Assembly: GCA_026396575.1 (NCBI GenBank)
Contig: JAPLWM010000007.1
Location: 11,546 to 75,545 of the forward strand
Length of the DNA: 64,000 nt
Direction of reading: 5' to 3'
DNA from: Candidatus Komeilibacteria bacterium
Lineage (GTDB): Bacteria; Patescibacteriota; Patescibacteriia; UBA1558; UBA10009
The translations under genes were made by a program, and so were the position numbers. Under the pieces are notes generated by a model, which saw only the letters and a list, made by a program, of their open reading frames with translations, made no database searches and was not told the DNA's origin. Each line of letters starts with the position of its first letter. Within the stretch, counting starts at the first letter, position 1. This document shows, piece after piece, positions 37,623 through 46,719 of the stretch.

Positions 37623-37871
37623 GATTCTGTATATGGCTTGATTACTGATGTTCAAGGTGCGATAATCCGTTGATGATATTATTAAAATGCTTTAGAAAGA
37701 TGCATTGAGCAGCCTTATCAAACTTTTGGTGGAAAACAACTTTACCCCGGGCTTATTAAAAAATCCGCCATTCTTTTTTATTTGATGATTAAAAATCATC
37801 CTTTTCAGAATGGTAATAAACGGATTGCTATGACGACATTATTTTATTTTTTGTATAAAAATAAAAATTAG
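37623..37871 (+). pseudogene. doc: Degraded doc (death-on-curing, Fic/Doc-family) toxin gene remnant.
   Basis: The open frame 37686-37868 translates to NALERCIEQPYQTFGGKQLYPGLLKKSAILFYLMIKNHPFQNGNKRIAMTTLFYFLYKNKN*. It carries the Doc signature HxFx(D/N)GNKR and the preceding FGG..LYP block. There is no start codon, and a stop lies just after the motif. Upstream Doc-like pieces (DVQGAIIR, DDIIKML) lie in other frames, interrupted by stops. Confidence 0.65.
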
Positions 37872-37971
37872 ATTTATAATTAGTGCATATTAAAAATAAA
37901 GAATTAGTCAAAACCGTGAAAAGCCAATTGCCATTTCCCCGTTTTTCCTGTAAAATAATACCATTGGCTCT

Positions 37972-39570
37972 ATGCTAACCGCCCCTACAACCAGATTAAT
38001 CAATCAGCTTAAGGTCTCGGATCCCAAGGTTTTTTACAGCGGCGAGGAGCTTTCCCGCATCCAGGTGGACAGCTTTGTTTCCCGGATCGCTTTTATTTAC
38101 GAAAAGGTTCGCAATGCCATTGATTATAAAGAGGATCATTTAATCCGCAAAGCCGCCATTTTGCGCATTTTGCAGCGCCGGCTGTTGATTAAGCTTTCGG
38201 TTGAAGATTTGGCTCTGTCTTTGGTTAAGGAATTAATCAGGGGCGGCTATTTGGAAAACAATTTGATTCCCTCGAGCCGTGTGGAAGAAGTTGATGCCAT
38301 TATTGAAAAATATTTGGCTTTATTTAATTTAAGCAATATTGCCCATAATTCCAAAAAAGGCCGGCAATTGTTCAAGTGGCTGTTAAACTTGGCCGCTTGC
38401 GAAATGGAGGAATGCCTAATGCCCCCGGTAGCCAACCGCGCCTTGGTGGAGTTTATGTATAAGGTAATGCGGCCGGGCATTAACTTAACGGATAAAGCCT
38501 TAACCGATAAAGAAAAGGATCTGCATATTTATCTGGCCGTGTTCCGGGCCTTGGTTAAATCCGACGAGCCGATGATGGATTTTAAGCTCTTCCGCTATTA
38601 TTATCCTAATTGGAAAACGGCCCAGCCCGCCGAAATTATGGCCGTGGCTAAAAAAATCAACAACCTGCGGGGCTTAATCGATAAGCAGAAAAAATATTAT
38701 ATTGCCGATAAATTGTATCGCTTGTTTAAAAAATTCACTTTCGTTTTCTTTGTTTTACGGGATATTATTCTGGAAGATCCGGACCAAGCCGAGCGGGTTT
38801 TTGCCAATAAGGAAGAGTTGGAATACCAGGTTAGGCAAACCTGCGCCAAATCCTACAAGCGGTCCCGGGCCAAATTGCGCCGCAGCATTGTGCGGGTGAT
38901 TATTTATATTTTCATTACCAAAATGGCCTTGGCTTTCGTACTGGAATTTCCTTACGAATATTACGTGGTTAAGCACCTTAATTATCTGCCTTTGGCCATT
39001 AACGCCCTCTTTCCGCCGTTTTTAATGTTCTTGCTGGCCGTGTTTATCCGCGTGCCTTCCAAAAAAAATACCAACCGGGTGGTGGCCGTAGCCGATGAAG
39101 CGGTTTATAAGGAAGCCATTACCGAAGTACAAAGCGGCCTGGGGGCGGTGGTTAAGCGTTCCACCGTGGCTTTAACCGTTTTTTACATTTTTTATTGCAT
39201 CCTGTTCTTTATTTCTTTCGGCGCCTTGATTTACGTTTTAAACCAGCTGCATTTTAATATTTTCAGCATGCTGATCTTTTTACTGTTTTTATCCTTGGTC
39301 AGCTTTTTCGGCATCAAATTAAGGATGAAGGTGCGGGAAATGACGGTTATCGAAGGCCGGGAAAATTTCTTCGTGTTTCTGCTTAATCTTTTTTCTTTGC
39401 CGTTTTTAAAGGCCGGCCATTGGATGTCGGAAAAGTTTGCCAAAATAAACATTTTCGTTTTTCTTTTGGATTTTATCATCGAAGCGCCCTTTAAGATTTT
39501 TCTGGAAGTTATTGAGGATTGGATCGGCTTCTTAAAGGAAAAACGGGAAGAAATGTACAGTAAAGAATAA
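37972..39570 (+). CDS. Hypothetical membrane protein (N-terminal soluble domain of about 330 aa, then 5-6 TM helices).
   Basis: 532 aa ORF. No recognised catalytic motif. Confidence 0.4.
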   Translation: MLTAPTTRLINQLKVSDPKVFYSGEELSRIQVDSFVSRIAFIYEKVRNAIDYKEDHLIRKAAILRILQRRLLIKLSVEDLALSLVKELIRGGYLENNLIPSSRVEEVDAIIEKYLALFNLSNIAHNSKKGRQLFKWLLNLAACEMEECLMPPVANRALVEFMYKVMRPGINLTDKALTDKEKDLHIYLAVFRALVKSDEPMMDFKLFRYYYPNWKTAQPAEIMAVAKKINNLRGLIDKQKKYYIADKLYRLFKKFTFVFFVLRDIILEDPDQAERVFANKEELEYQVRQTCAKSYKRSRAKLRRSIVRVIIYIFITKMALAFVLEFPYEYYVVKHLNYLPLAINALFPPFLMFLLAVFIRVPSKKNTNRVVAVADEAVYKEAITEVQSGLGAVVKRSTVALTVFYIFYCILFFISFGALIYVLNQLHFNIFSMLIFLLFLSLVSFFGIKLRMKVREMTVIEGRENFFVFLLNLFSLPFLKAGHWMSEKFAKINIFVFLLDFIIEAPFKIFLEVIEDWIGFLKEKREEMYSKE

Positions 39571-39574
39571 TTTT

Positions 39575-40564
39575 ATGAAATTCAACGTTATTACCATCGG
39601 CGGGATTACCGAAGATATCATGTTCCATACCCAGGAACTGCAAATTTTAAATAACCCCAAAAAAACGGGGGCCCGAAAGCTTTTTGCCTTTGAAGTGGGG
39701 GATAAAATTATCAGCGATTGCCAGGTGCTTTATACCGGCGGCGGCGGGGGAGCCAATACCGCCGTTTCTTTGGCCCGCTTGGGCTTAAAAACCGCGCTTT
39801 GGGGCGCGGTGGGCGACGATTCTTCGGCCCAAAAATTGGCCAAGCATTTTGCCAAAAACAAAATCAATTTAAGCGGCTGGCAGGTTAACCGCCACGATTG
39901 GACCGGCCTGTCTTTTATCATTATTGCCGGCGATAAAAACGACCGGGTGATTTTTACCCATCGCGGCGCCAATGATCGGTTTAAGCTAAGCTTTAATGAT
40001 TGCCTAAAATTCCAAGCCGACTGGTTTTATCTAACTTCCTTATCGGGCATTTATTGGCAGGCTAATTTGGCCGTGGTTTTTGCTGCGGCCGAAAAAAATA
40101 AAGTTAAGCTGGCTTGGAATCCGGGCAGCACCCAGCTGGATAAAGGTTATGCGTTTTTAAAAAAATATTTGAGCCGAACCGAAGTTTTAACTTTAAATAA
40201 GGAAGAAGCGGCCGCTTTGGTAAGAAGCGCCGGCAAAAGAGCCAAAGATATCAAGCAAATGCTGGAAGTTTTGGCATCTTTCGGGCCAAAAATCGTCGGC
40301 ATTTCCAATGGCAATAAAGGCGCCCATGCTTACGCCACGGACCGATTCTATTTTGAGCCGGCCTGGCCGGTTAAGGCGATTAACACTACCGGCGCCGGCG
40401 ATGCCTTTGGTTCTTCTTTAGTGGGCGGCCTGATGATTTATCGCGGCAATTTGGCTCGGGCTTTAAAGCTGGCTTTATTGAGAAGCGGCTGCGTGGTGGC
40501 CAAAATCGGGGCGCAAACCGGCTTGCTGACCTTGGCCGAAGTTAAGCAAAAACGGCGCATTTGA
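39575..40564 (+). CDS. PfkB-family sugar/nucleoside kinase (second copy in the window).
   Basis: GGGGGANTAVSLARLG (signature 1 region) and TTGAGDAFGSSLVGGL (signature 2). Confidence 0.7.
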   Translation: MKFNVITIGGITEDIMFHTQELQILNNPKKTGARKLFAFEVGDKIISDCQVLYTGGGGGANTAVSLARLGLKTALWGAVGDDSSAQKLAKHFAKNKINLSGWQVNRHDWTGLSFIIIAGDKNDRVIFTHRGANDRFKLSFNDCLKFQADWFYLTSLSGIYWQANLAVVFAAAEKNKVKLAWNPGSTQLDKGYAFLKKYLSRTEVLTLNKEEAAALVRSAGKRAKDIKQMLEVLASFGPKIVGISNGNKGAHAYATDRFYFEPAWPVKAINTTGAGDAFGSSLVGGLMIYRGNLARALKLALLRSGCVVAKIGAQTGLLTLAEVKQKRRI

Positions 40565-40595
40565 TTTTAGCTTTAAATTTTTATATACTTCAACC

Positions 40596-41834
40596 ATGAA
40601 GTTCGCAAAAAAATATTTTTGCCTCTTGGCGGCGCTAATTTTGGCCGGCGGTTTTTTGTTTAGCCCCGCTCGCGCTGCCAAATACGATTACGATTTGTCT
40701 TTAATCAGCGGCGATTTGGAGTTTTCCAAAGATGTTTTAATTTCCGGCGACACGGTTAGGATTTACGCCCGCATCCGCAATGTCGGCAACAAGGATATGA
40801 CTGGCTCGGTTTCGTTTTTTAGGGGGGCGCAAGCCATCGGCGATTCCCGCACTATTTCGGTTAGGCCCGGCGGCTATGGCGATGTTTTTGTGGATTTTAC
40901 CATTCCCCAAGATTCTTTTAATATTCAGGCAAAAATTCAGGCAACCGAGCCCGCGGACCAGAATCCCGCCAACGATAACGATCAAACCAAATTAATCGTG
41001 CCGGATCAGGATACCGACCACGACGGCATTGTGGACCGTTTGGATCCGGATATTGATAACGACGGCTTAACCAATGACCAGGAAAAAATTTTGGGCACCG
41101 ACCCTTATAAGGCCGATACCGACGGCGACGGAAGCAACGATAAAGTTGACGCTTTCCCGTTGGATCCCAAGGAATGGCTGGATACCGACGCTGACGGCAT
41201 TGGCAATAACGCCGATTTGGATGACGATAACGACGGTTTGTCTGATGTGCAGGAAAAAGCCCTGGGTACCGATCCTTTAAGAAAAGATACCGACGGCGAC
41301 GGCGTGATTGATTCGCTGGACGCTTTTCCTTTGGACCCGGCCCGCTCCAAAGTGGCGCCGGCGCGCGATATTTTTCAGCCCGTGCCAACTTCAAAACCTG
41401 AAACTCCCGTTAATGCCGCTGCCACGGCAAAAAATACCTCGGCGGCTTCAAGTACCGATCAGATCAATGCCGATGCGCAAGCCTTGGCGGCTTTAACCAA
41501 TTCCAATGAGGCGGCTAAAAAAATCGCCGATCAGCCCTTGGAAAAAATCGGCGCCGTGGTGGAAAAAGTTTCCGGCGCCTCGGGAGCGTTTTTCCGGCTG
41601 GATAATTTATTCCTTTGGCTGGCGCTGGGCATTGTTTTGGTGATCGGCGCCATCGTGCTGGTTATTTTAAAAATAAAGAAAGACCGCCAGTTACCGGTGG
41701 ATGCCATCGCCAAGGAAGCGCCGCGCCAGGCCTATGTCCATCAGCCCGCCGCTTTCAAGGAAGCCGGCCAATTATTAAGAAGATCGGCGCCCAATGTGAT
41801 AGATTTAAAGGATTTAATGAATAAAAAGAGATAA
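40596..41834 (+). CDS. Secreted, membrane-anchored surface protein with a CARDB-like N-domain and thrombospondin type-3-like calcium-binding repeats.
   Basis: Signal peptide ending SPARA. Repeated DxDxDGxxDxxD units (DTDHDGIVDRLDPDIDNDGLTNDQEK..DTDGDGSNDKVDAFPLDP, four times or more), an Ala/Ser-rich linker, and a C-terminal TM helix followed by a basic tail. Confidence 0.6.
   Translation: MKFAKKYFCLLAALILAGGFLFSPARAAKYDYDLSLISGDLEFSKDVLISGDTVRIYARIRNVGNKDMTGSVSFFRGAQAIGDSRTISVRPGGYGDVFVDFTIPQDSFNIQAKIQATEPADQNPANDNDQTKLIVPDQDTDHDGIVDRLDPDIDNDGLTNDQEKILGTDPYKADTDGDGSNDKVDAFPLDPKEWLDTDADGIGNNADLDDDNDGLSDVQEKALGTDPLRKDTDGDGVIDSLDAFPLDPARSKVAPARDIFQPVPTSKPETPVNAAATAKNTSAASSTDQINADAQALAALTNSNEAAKKIADQPLEKIGAVVEKVSGASGAFFRLDNLFLWLALGIVLVIGAIVLVILKIKKDRQLPVDAIAKEAPRQAYVHQPAAFKEAGQLLRRSAPNVIDLKDLMNKKR
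40990..41345 (+). repeat. Coding TSP3-like aspartate-rich tandem repeats.
   Basis: Recurrent GAY-rich codon runs encoding DxDxDG loops. They also generate spurious antisense ORFs. Confidence 0.6.
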
Positions 41835-41950
41835 AAAAGCCTTGCCGACCCCCTCTTAATCTCCCCCCTTTATAAGGGGGAGAAATACGAGGTAATAATT
41901 TCCCCTCCTTTATAAGGAGGGGCGCAGGGGTGGTCGGCAAGGCTTTTTTA
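41835..41950. terminator. Nested three-hairpin element, putative bidirectional intrinsic terminator (copy 1 of a repeat family).
   Basis: A6, then gccttgccgacc (41841-41852), which pairs perfectly with ggtcggcaaggc (41929-41940), then T6. The outer stem encloses two hairpins: ctccccc-ctttataa-gggggag and cccctcc-tttataa-ggagggg. Confidence 0.6.
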
Positions 41951-41970
41951 TTGTCAAAAACAACAATCGC

Positions 41971-43698
41971 GTGTATGATAATTTCATGAATAAATACAAA
42001 TGGCGTTTAAAAACGGCCCCGCCGGCCCAATTTTTTCAGCAGTTTCCCGAAATCAGCCCGGCCGTTTTAACCTTGCTTTACGACCGCGGTTTAACCGAAC
42101 AAGCGCAGATTGAAGAGTTTTTATCGCCGGATTATTCCCATGATATCTGCGACCCTTATTTATTCAGCCAAATGAAAACTGCGGTAGAGCGGATTTACCA
42201 AGCCAAGGTTAAAAATGAACCAGTGGTGATTTTCGGCGATTACGATGCCGACGGCGTTTGCGGTTCCGCTATTTTGGCCCGGGTTTTTAAGGAGCTCGGC
42301 CTTAATTTTACAACCTATCTGCCGGACCGCGAAAAAGAAGGTTATGGCTTGAATATTAAAGCGGTTGAAGAAATCGCGCGAGGCGGAGCCAAATTGATTA
42401 TTACCGTTGATTGCGGCATCAGTAATGCCGCCGAAGCGGCCCGAGTAAAAGAATTGGGTTTGGATCTGATTATTACCGATCATCATCATGTTCCCATAAA
42501 TTCCCCCGAAGCCTTGGCCATTATTCATCCTGCTTGGGATAAAAATTATCCTTTTAAGTTTTTGGCCGGCGGCGGCGTGGCTTTTAAACTGGCCAGCGGA
42601 TTGGTTAAGGATAGGCATTTTACTGCCGGGGAAAACCGCGAGGGCTTGGAAAAATGGCTCTTGGATTTGGCCGCCATCAGCACCGTGGCCGATATGGTGC
42701 CCTTAATCGGGGAAAACAGAACTTTAGTCAAATTCGGATTAGTAGTTTTGGCTAAAACCAAAAACTTAGGGCTTAAAAAATTAATGGAAGTGGCCGGCAT
42801 TAATCCCGAAAAATTGGATACCTTTTCTTTGGGCTATCAGGTGGCGCCGCGGATCAATGCCGCCGGCCGCATGGACCACGCCAATACCGCTTACGAGCTG
42901 CTGACCACCGATAACGTGGAAGAAGCCATTACTTTGGCCCATCAATTGAATAAGCGCAATACCGAGCGCCAGCAATTAACCGAAAAATTGGTTACCGAAG
43001 CCAAGGCCCAGTTAAAAAGTTTAGCGCCTTTGCCGCTTTTGCTAATTGTCGGCGGCGAGAATTGGAATCCGGGCATTATCGGCTTGGTCGCTTCCAAATT
43101 AACCCAGGATTTTGCCCGGCCGGCGCTGGTTTACAGTTTCGACGGGATCCGTTACGTGGCTTCGGGCCGTTCCATTAAGGAATTCAATTTAATCGAGGCC
43201 TTGGATAAATTGTCCGATTATTTCATCAAATACGGCGGCCATGCCGGCGCGGCCGGCTTCAGCATTAGCCCTGAAAAATTCGAGGAATTCAAGCAAAAAA
43301 TCATTGCTTTAGCCACAGAGCAACTTACCGGCCGGGAATTGATTCCCACTTTAACCATTGACCAGGAATTAACTTTGGCCCAGGTGGATTGGCCGACAGT
43401 GAACGCTTTGGAACAGTTCAGCCCTTACGGCGAAGGCAATTTAAAGCCCCGCTTTTTAATTAAGGATTTAACGGTGGTGCTGGCCGAAACAGTGGGGGAA
43501 ACCGGCAGCCACCTGCGTTTAATGGTTAAACAGGGGCTTTTAACCAGGAAAATAATTTGTTTCGGCTTTGGCGAACTTTGCCCGCTGCTTGCGCCGGGCC
43601 AAAAAATTGACGCGGTTTGCGAGCTGGGCGTTAACCAGTGGAACGGCAATCAGGAATTGCAGCTTTCCTTAATCGATTTAAAAGGCCATGAAGAATAA
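41971..43698 (+). CDS. recJ: Single-stranded-DNA-specific exonuclease RecJ.
   Basis: DHH-family motifs VVIFGDYDADGVCGSAIL, ITVDCG and ITDHHH, plus a DHHA1 block GGHAGAAGF. Confidence 0.85.
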   Translation: MYDNFMNKYKWRLKTAPPAQFFQQFPEISPAVLTLLYDRGLTEQAQIEEFLSPDYSHDICDPYLFSQMKTAVERIYQAKVKNEPVVIFGDYDADGVCGSAILARVFKELGLNFTTYLPDREKEGYGLNIKAVEEIARGGAKLIITVDCGISNAAEAARVKELGLDLIITDHHHVPINSPEALAIIHPAWDKNYPFKFLAGGGVAFKLASGLVKDRHFTAGENREGLEKWLLDLAAISTVADMVPLIGENRTLVKFGLVVLAKTKNLGLKKLMEVAGINPEKLDTFSLGYQVAPRINAAGRMDHANTAYELLTTDNVEEAITLAHQLNKRNTERQQLTEKLVTEAKAQLKSLAPLPLLLIVGGENWNPGIIGLVASKLTQDFARPALVYSFDGIRYVASGRSIKEFNLIEALDKLSDYFIKYGGHAGAAGFSISPEKFEEFKQKIIALATEQLTGRELIPTLTIDQELTLAQVDWPTVNALEQFSPYGEGNLKPRFLIKDLTVVLAETVGETGSHLRLMVKQGLLTRKIICFGFGELCPLLAPGQKIDAVCELGVNQWNGNQELQLSLIDLKGHEE

Positions 43699-44098
43699 AA
43701 GTTTGCAAATTTATACCGACGGCGGCGCCAGGGGCAATCCCGGACCGGCTGCTTGCGGCGTTGTTATCAAGGATGGCAGCGGCCAGCCGATTGCCAAGGC
43801 CAGCCGCTATTTGGGCGAAACCACCAATAATCAAGCGGAGTATCAGGGCGTGATTCTGGCTTTGGAAAAAATCGCCGCTTATGTTCCGGAAGAAATCGAT
43901 TTTTATCTGGATAGCCAATTGGTGGTGAGCCAACTCTCTGGCAGCTTTAAAGTTAAGGACTTGGGTTTGCAAAGCTTATTTGTCAGGGTTTGGAATTTAA
44001 GCCACAAGTTCAAAAAAATCCGCTATCACCATATTCCCAGGGAAATGAATAAGGAAGCGGACCGCTTGGTTAACCTGGAATTGGATAAAAAAAGGTAA
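43688..44098 (+). CDS. rnhA: Ribonuclease HI.
   Basis: IYTDGGARGNPGPAACGVV, TNNQAEYQGV and DSQLVV, followed by a C-terminal NKEADRL. Confidence 0.85.
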   Translation: MKNKSLQIYTDGGARGNPGPAACGVVIKDGSGQPIAKASRYLGETTNNQAEYQGVILALEKIAAYVPEEIDFYLDSQLVVSQLSGSFKVKDLGLQSLFVRVWNLSHKFKKIRYHHIPREMNKEADRLVNLELDKKR

Positions 44099-44108
44099 AA
44101 TTATTTTA

Positions 44109-44138
44109 TTGACAATTAAGCTTTAAAATTGTTATAAT
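44109..44138 (+). promoter_or_regulatory. Candidate sigma70 promoter: TTGACA, 18 nt spacer, TATAAT.
   Basis: Consensus -35 TTGACA at 44109-44114 and consensus -10 TATAAT at 44133-44138, 10 nt upstream of the holB ATG. Confidence 0.5.
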
Positions 44139-44148
44139 TTACAAGGTT

Positions 44149-45063
44149 ATGCAAGAAAATTGGGGCATCATCGGGCATGAAGAAATCGTTAATTTTTTGG
44201 AACAGTCGCTCTACAAAAATCGGCTGGCCGGCACTTATTTATTCCACGGTTTGCCGCATTTGGGCAAAACCGCGGTCGCGGAAAAATTTGCCGAGAAATT
44301 ATTGGGTTCCGCCTGGCCGACTACCGAATTGTACAAGCTGGAAATTTTGGAAGATAAAAAGGATATCGGCATCGAACAGGTCAGGGAATGGCGCCGCTCC
44401 TTGGGTTTTAAAGCCTTTACCGATCAGTATAAAGTGGGCATTATTTACGGCGCGGAAAAACTTAATCGCGAATCGGGCAACGCCCTGCTAAAAACCATCG
44501 AAGAACCTTCGCCCAAAACGGTTTTAATTCTGATCGTTTCCGATTCCCAAACTTTATTGCCGACCATTATTTCCCGCTGCCAAACCATTAAGTTTTTGCC
44601 CGTTGCCCAAAACACATTGCATCGGGGCTTGCTGGCCAAAGCGGAGTTGGATAAGAAAAAATTGAATTTAATCGAATCTTTAGCACAAGGACGGCCCGGT
44701 TTGGCCATTCAACTGGCGAAGAATGAAGATTTTTTTAATGAGTATGTCCAGGGCGAGGATTTGGCCGTTAAAGTTTTAGGCAGTCCGCTGGCAACGCGTT
44801 GGCAGCTGTTGGACGGATTGCTGGAACCGCTGGAAGAAGCGCGCGCCAAGGTCCAAGCGGCTTTAAATTTTTTAGCCCATTTGGAAAACGTTTTAAGAAG
44901 CAATTTATTGGCGCATTACTCGTCCGCGCCTGCGTCCGTCCGGCCGGCCTTAAATCCCGGCGGTTTAATCAAGCTTTTTTCCTTAATCAATCTGTCGCGC
45001 CGCTCCTTGGCCGGCAACGTTCAACCGCGTTTAGTTTTAGAAAATTTAATCATCAATATATGA
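44149..45063 (+). CDS. holB: DNA polymerase III clamp-loader subunit delta prime.
   Basis: AAA+ fold with a degenerate Walker A (GLPHLGKT), the sensor/SRC-like block SGNALLKTIEEP and TIISRCQ. At 304 aa the size fits delta prime. Confidence 0.7.
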   Translation: MQENWGIIGHEEIVNFLEQSLYKNRLAGTYLFHGLPHLGKTAVAEKFAEKLLGSAWPTTELYKLEILEDKKDIGIEQVREWRRSLGFKAFTDQYKVGIIYGAEKLNRESGNALLKTIEEPSPKTVLILIVSDSQTLLPTIISRCQTIKFLPVAQNTLHRGLLAKAELDKKKLNLIESLAQGRPGLAIQLAKNEDFFNEYVQGEDLAVKVLGSPLATRWQLLDGLLEPLEEARAKVQAALNFLAHLENVLRSNLLAHYSSAPASVRPALNPGGLIKLFSLINLSRRSLAGNVQPRLVLENLIINI

Positions 45064-46127
45064 AGAACAAATTTTTAATTCCCGCGCTGTTCAGCTTAAT
45101 GGTTTTGGCTTTGTCCGGCTGCATTATCAACCTTAAAACCAGCAATGCTTCAGACGGCGGAATTTTTAAATCGGCCGATTTGGGCGACCATTGGGCCCAG
45201 ATAACTTCCGTTTACCACGTCGGTGATGTAGCTTATTCCTTCGCTTCTTACGACGCTACCGCCTTGGTTATGGATCCTACCGACAATAAAGCCATCTATT
45301 TCGGCACCGCCGACCAGGGCCTGTTTTATACCTATAACGGCGGCACTGGCTGGCAGCAAACTTTAACCGGCTCGGGCCCGATTAATGCCCTGGCTGTTAG
45401 CCCCAAAGAGCGCTGCATTATTTACGCGGCCCTGGGCAATCGGCTTTACAAAACCGTGGATTGCAGCCGCCATTGGAGCTATCAGCTGATTGAAACCAGG
45501 GAAGACCCCAATAATCAAATTAACGCGGTGGCGGTTGACAGTTTTAATACCAATATTGTTTATGCCGGCACTTCCGGCCGGGGCCTGTTTAGGAGCGACG
45601 ACAGCGGCTTTTCCTGGCACGCGGTTAAATTTTTCGACGATCGGATCCTGGATATTTTAATCAATCAAGCCGATTCGCGGATTATTTACGCGGCTACCGC
45701 TTTAAAAGGAATTTTTAAAACCACGGACGCCGGCGTTACCTGGCAGCCGCTGTTTTCCGACCAGCTGATCAAGGATAAAGAAAATCTTTTGGCTTACCGC
45801 GCTTTGATTTTGGATCCTACGGTGCCTGACGGCTTGCTTTATGCTTCCCAATACGGCTTTTTAATGAGAAGCAAGGACGGCGGCGCCAGCTGGCAGGATA
45901 TTAAATTATTAACGCCGCCCAGCGCCACTTTGATTTATTCCCTGGCCATTAACCCCAAAGACGGCAATAATTTGTTTTACGGCACGGCCAAGGCCTTGTA
46001 TCGCAGCGTGGATAACGGCGCTAATTGGATTACCCGGGTTTTGCCTACGGCCCGCGCCGCCAAATTTATCCTCCTGGATCCGCAGGCTGACAATACCTTG
46101 TATTTAGGGGTAAAAATAGTTCAATAA
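45060..46127 (+). CDS. Lipoprotein with BNR/Asp-box-like beta-propeller repeats (Ycf48/sialidase-fold-like).
   Basis: Lipobox LALSGC after the signal peptide. Repeated S/T-x-D-x-G-x-T/S-W motifs (DAGVTWQ, DGGASWQ, DNGANW, DSGFSWH, TGWQQ). Its ATG overlaps the holB stop; the long N-terminal extension in the ORF track is spurious. Confidence 0.6.
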   Translation: MKNKFLIPALFSLMVLALSGCIINLKTSNASDGGIFKSADLGDHWAQITSVYHVGDVAYSFASYDATALVMDPTDNKAIYFGTADQGLFYTYNGGTGWQQTLTGSGPINALAVSPKERCIIYAALGNRLYKTVDCSRHWSYQLIETREDPNNQINAVAVDSFNTNIVYAGTSGRGLFRSDDSGFSWHAVKFFDDRILDILINQADSRIIYAATALKGIFKTTDAGVTWQPLFSDQLIKDKENLLAYRALILDPTVPDGLLYASQYGFLMRSKDGGASWQDIKLLTPPSATLIYSLAINPKDGNNLFYGTAKALYRSVDNGANWITRVLPTARAAKFILLDPQADNTLYLGVKIVQ

Positions 46128-46148
46128 TTAAAATTAAGGAATTATTTT

Positions 46149-46703
46149 ATGAGTGATTTTATCGGAAATTTTAAAGCCAATTTTAACAAGCTGGTGGAGT
46201 ATTTCCAAAAAGAGCTTAACGCCTTGCGCATCGGCCGGGCCACGCCTGCCTTGGTGGAAAACGTTTCGGTTTTGGCTTATGGCGCGCCAACGCCCTTAAT
46301 CCATTTGGCCAGCATTGCCGCTTCCGACGCCAAAACCATTACCATCCAGCCTTGGGACAAGAATTTAATCAAGGATATCGAAAAGGCTTTGCAGCAGACC
46401 GATCTGGGCTCCAGCCCGATTGTTAAAGAGGGTTTGGTTATTATCAATATCCCGCCTTTAACCGAAGAGCTTAGGAAAGAGATCGTTAAAAAAGTCCGTC
46501 AAAAAGCGGAAGAAGCCAAGGTGGCCATCCGGGGCGCGCGGGAAAAAGTAAAAGAGCAGATTATCGCCATGGAAGCGAGCAAACAAATGTCCGAAGACGA
46601 CAAATTCAAGCGTTTGGAAGAGCTGGATGTGCTGGTTAAGGATTACAACGAACAGGTCAGGGAAATCGCCGATAAAAAAGAAGACGAAATAATGAAAGTT
46701 TAA
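46149..46703 (+). CDS. frr: Ribosome recycling factor.
   Basis: 184 aa; RIGRATPALVENVSVLAYGAPTPLIHLASI is the typical RRF block. Confidence 0.9.
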   Translation: MSDFIGNFKANFNKLVEYFQKELNALRIGRATPALVENVSVLAYGAPTPLIHLASIAASDAKTITIQPWDKNLIKDIEKALQQTDLGSSPIVKEGLVIINIPPLTEELRKEIVKKVRQKAEEAKVAIRGAREKVKEQIIAMEASKQMSEDDKFKRLEELDVLVKDYNEQVREIADKKEDEIMKV

Positions 46704-46719
46704 CTGGTAATTTTAAATT

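Noticed and set aside
40918-41394. 158-aa arginine-rich minus-strand ORF, and other antisense ORFs inside the TSP3-repeat gene.
   Set aside because: They arise from the GAY/GTC-rich repeat DNA read on the opposite strand. They have low-complexity composition and are fully contained in a well-supported + strand gene.
44799-45059. N-terminal 87-aa extension of the lipoprotein ORF (track start 44799).
   Set aside because: The extension overlaps holB in another frame. A signal peptide with a lipobox starts right at the ATG at 45060, which overlaps the holB stop.
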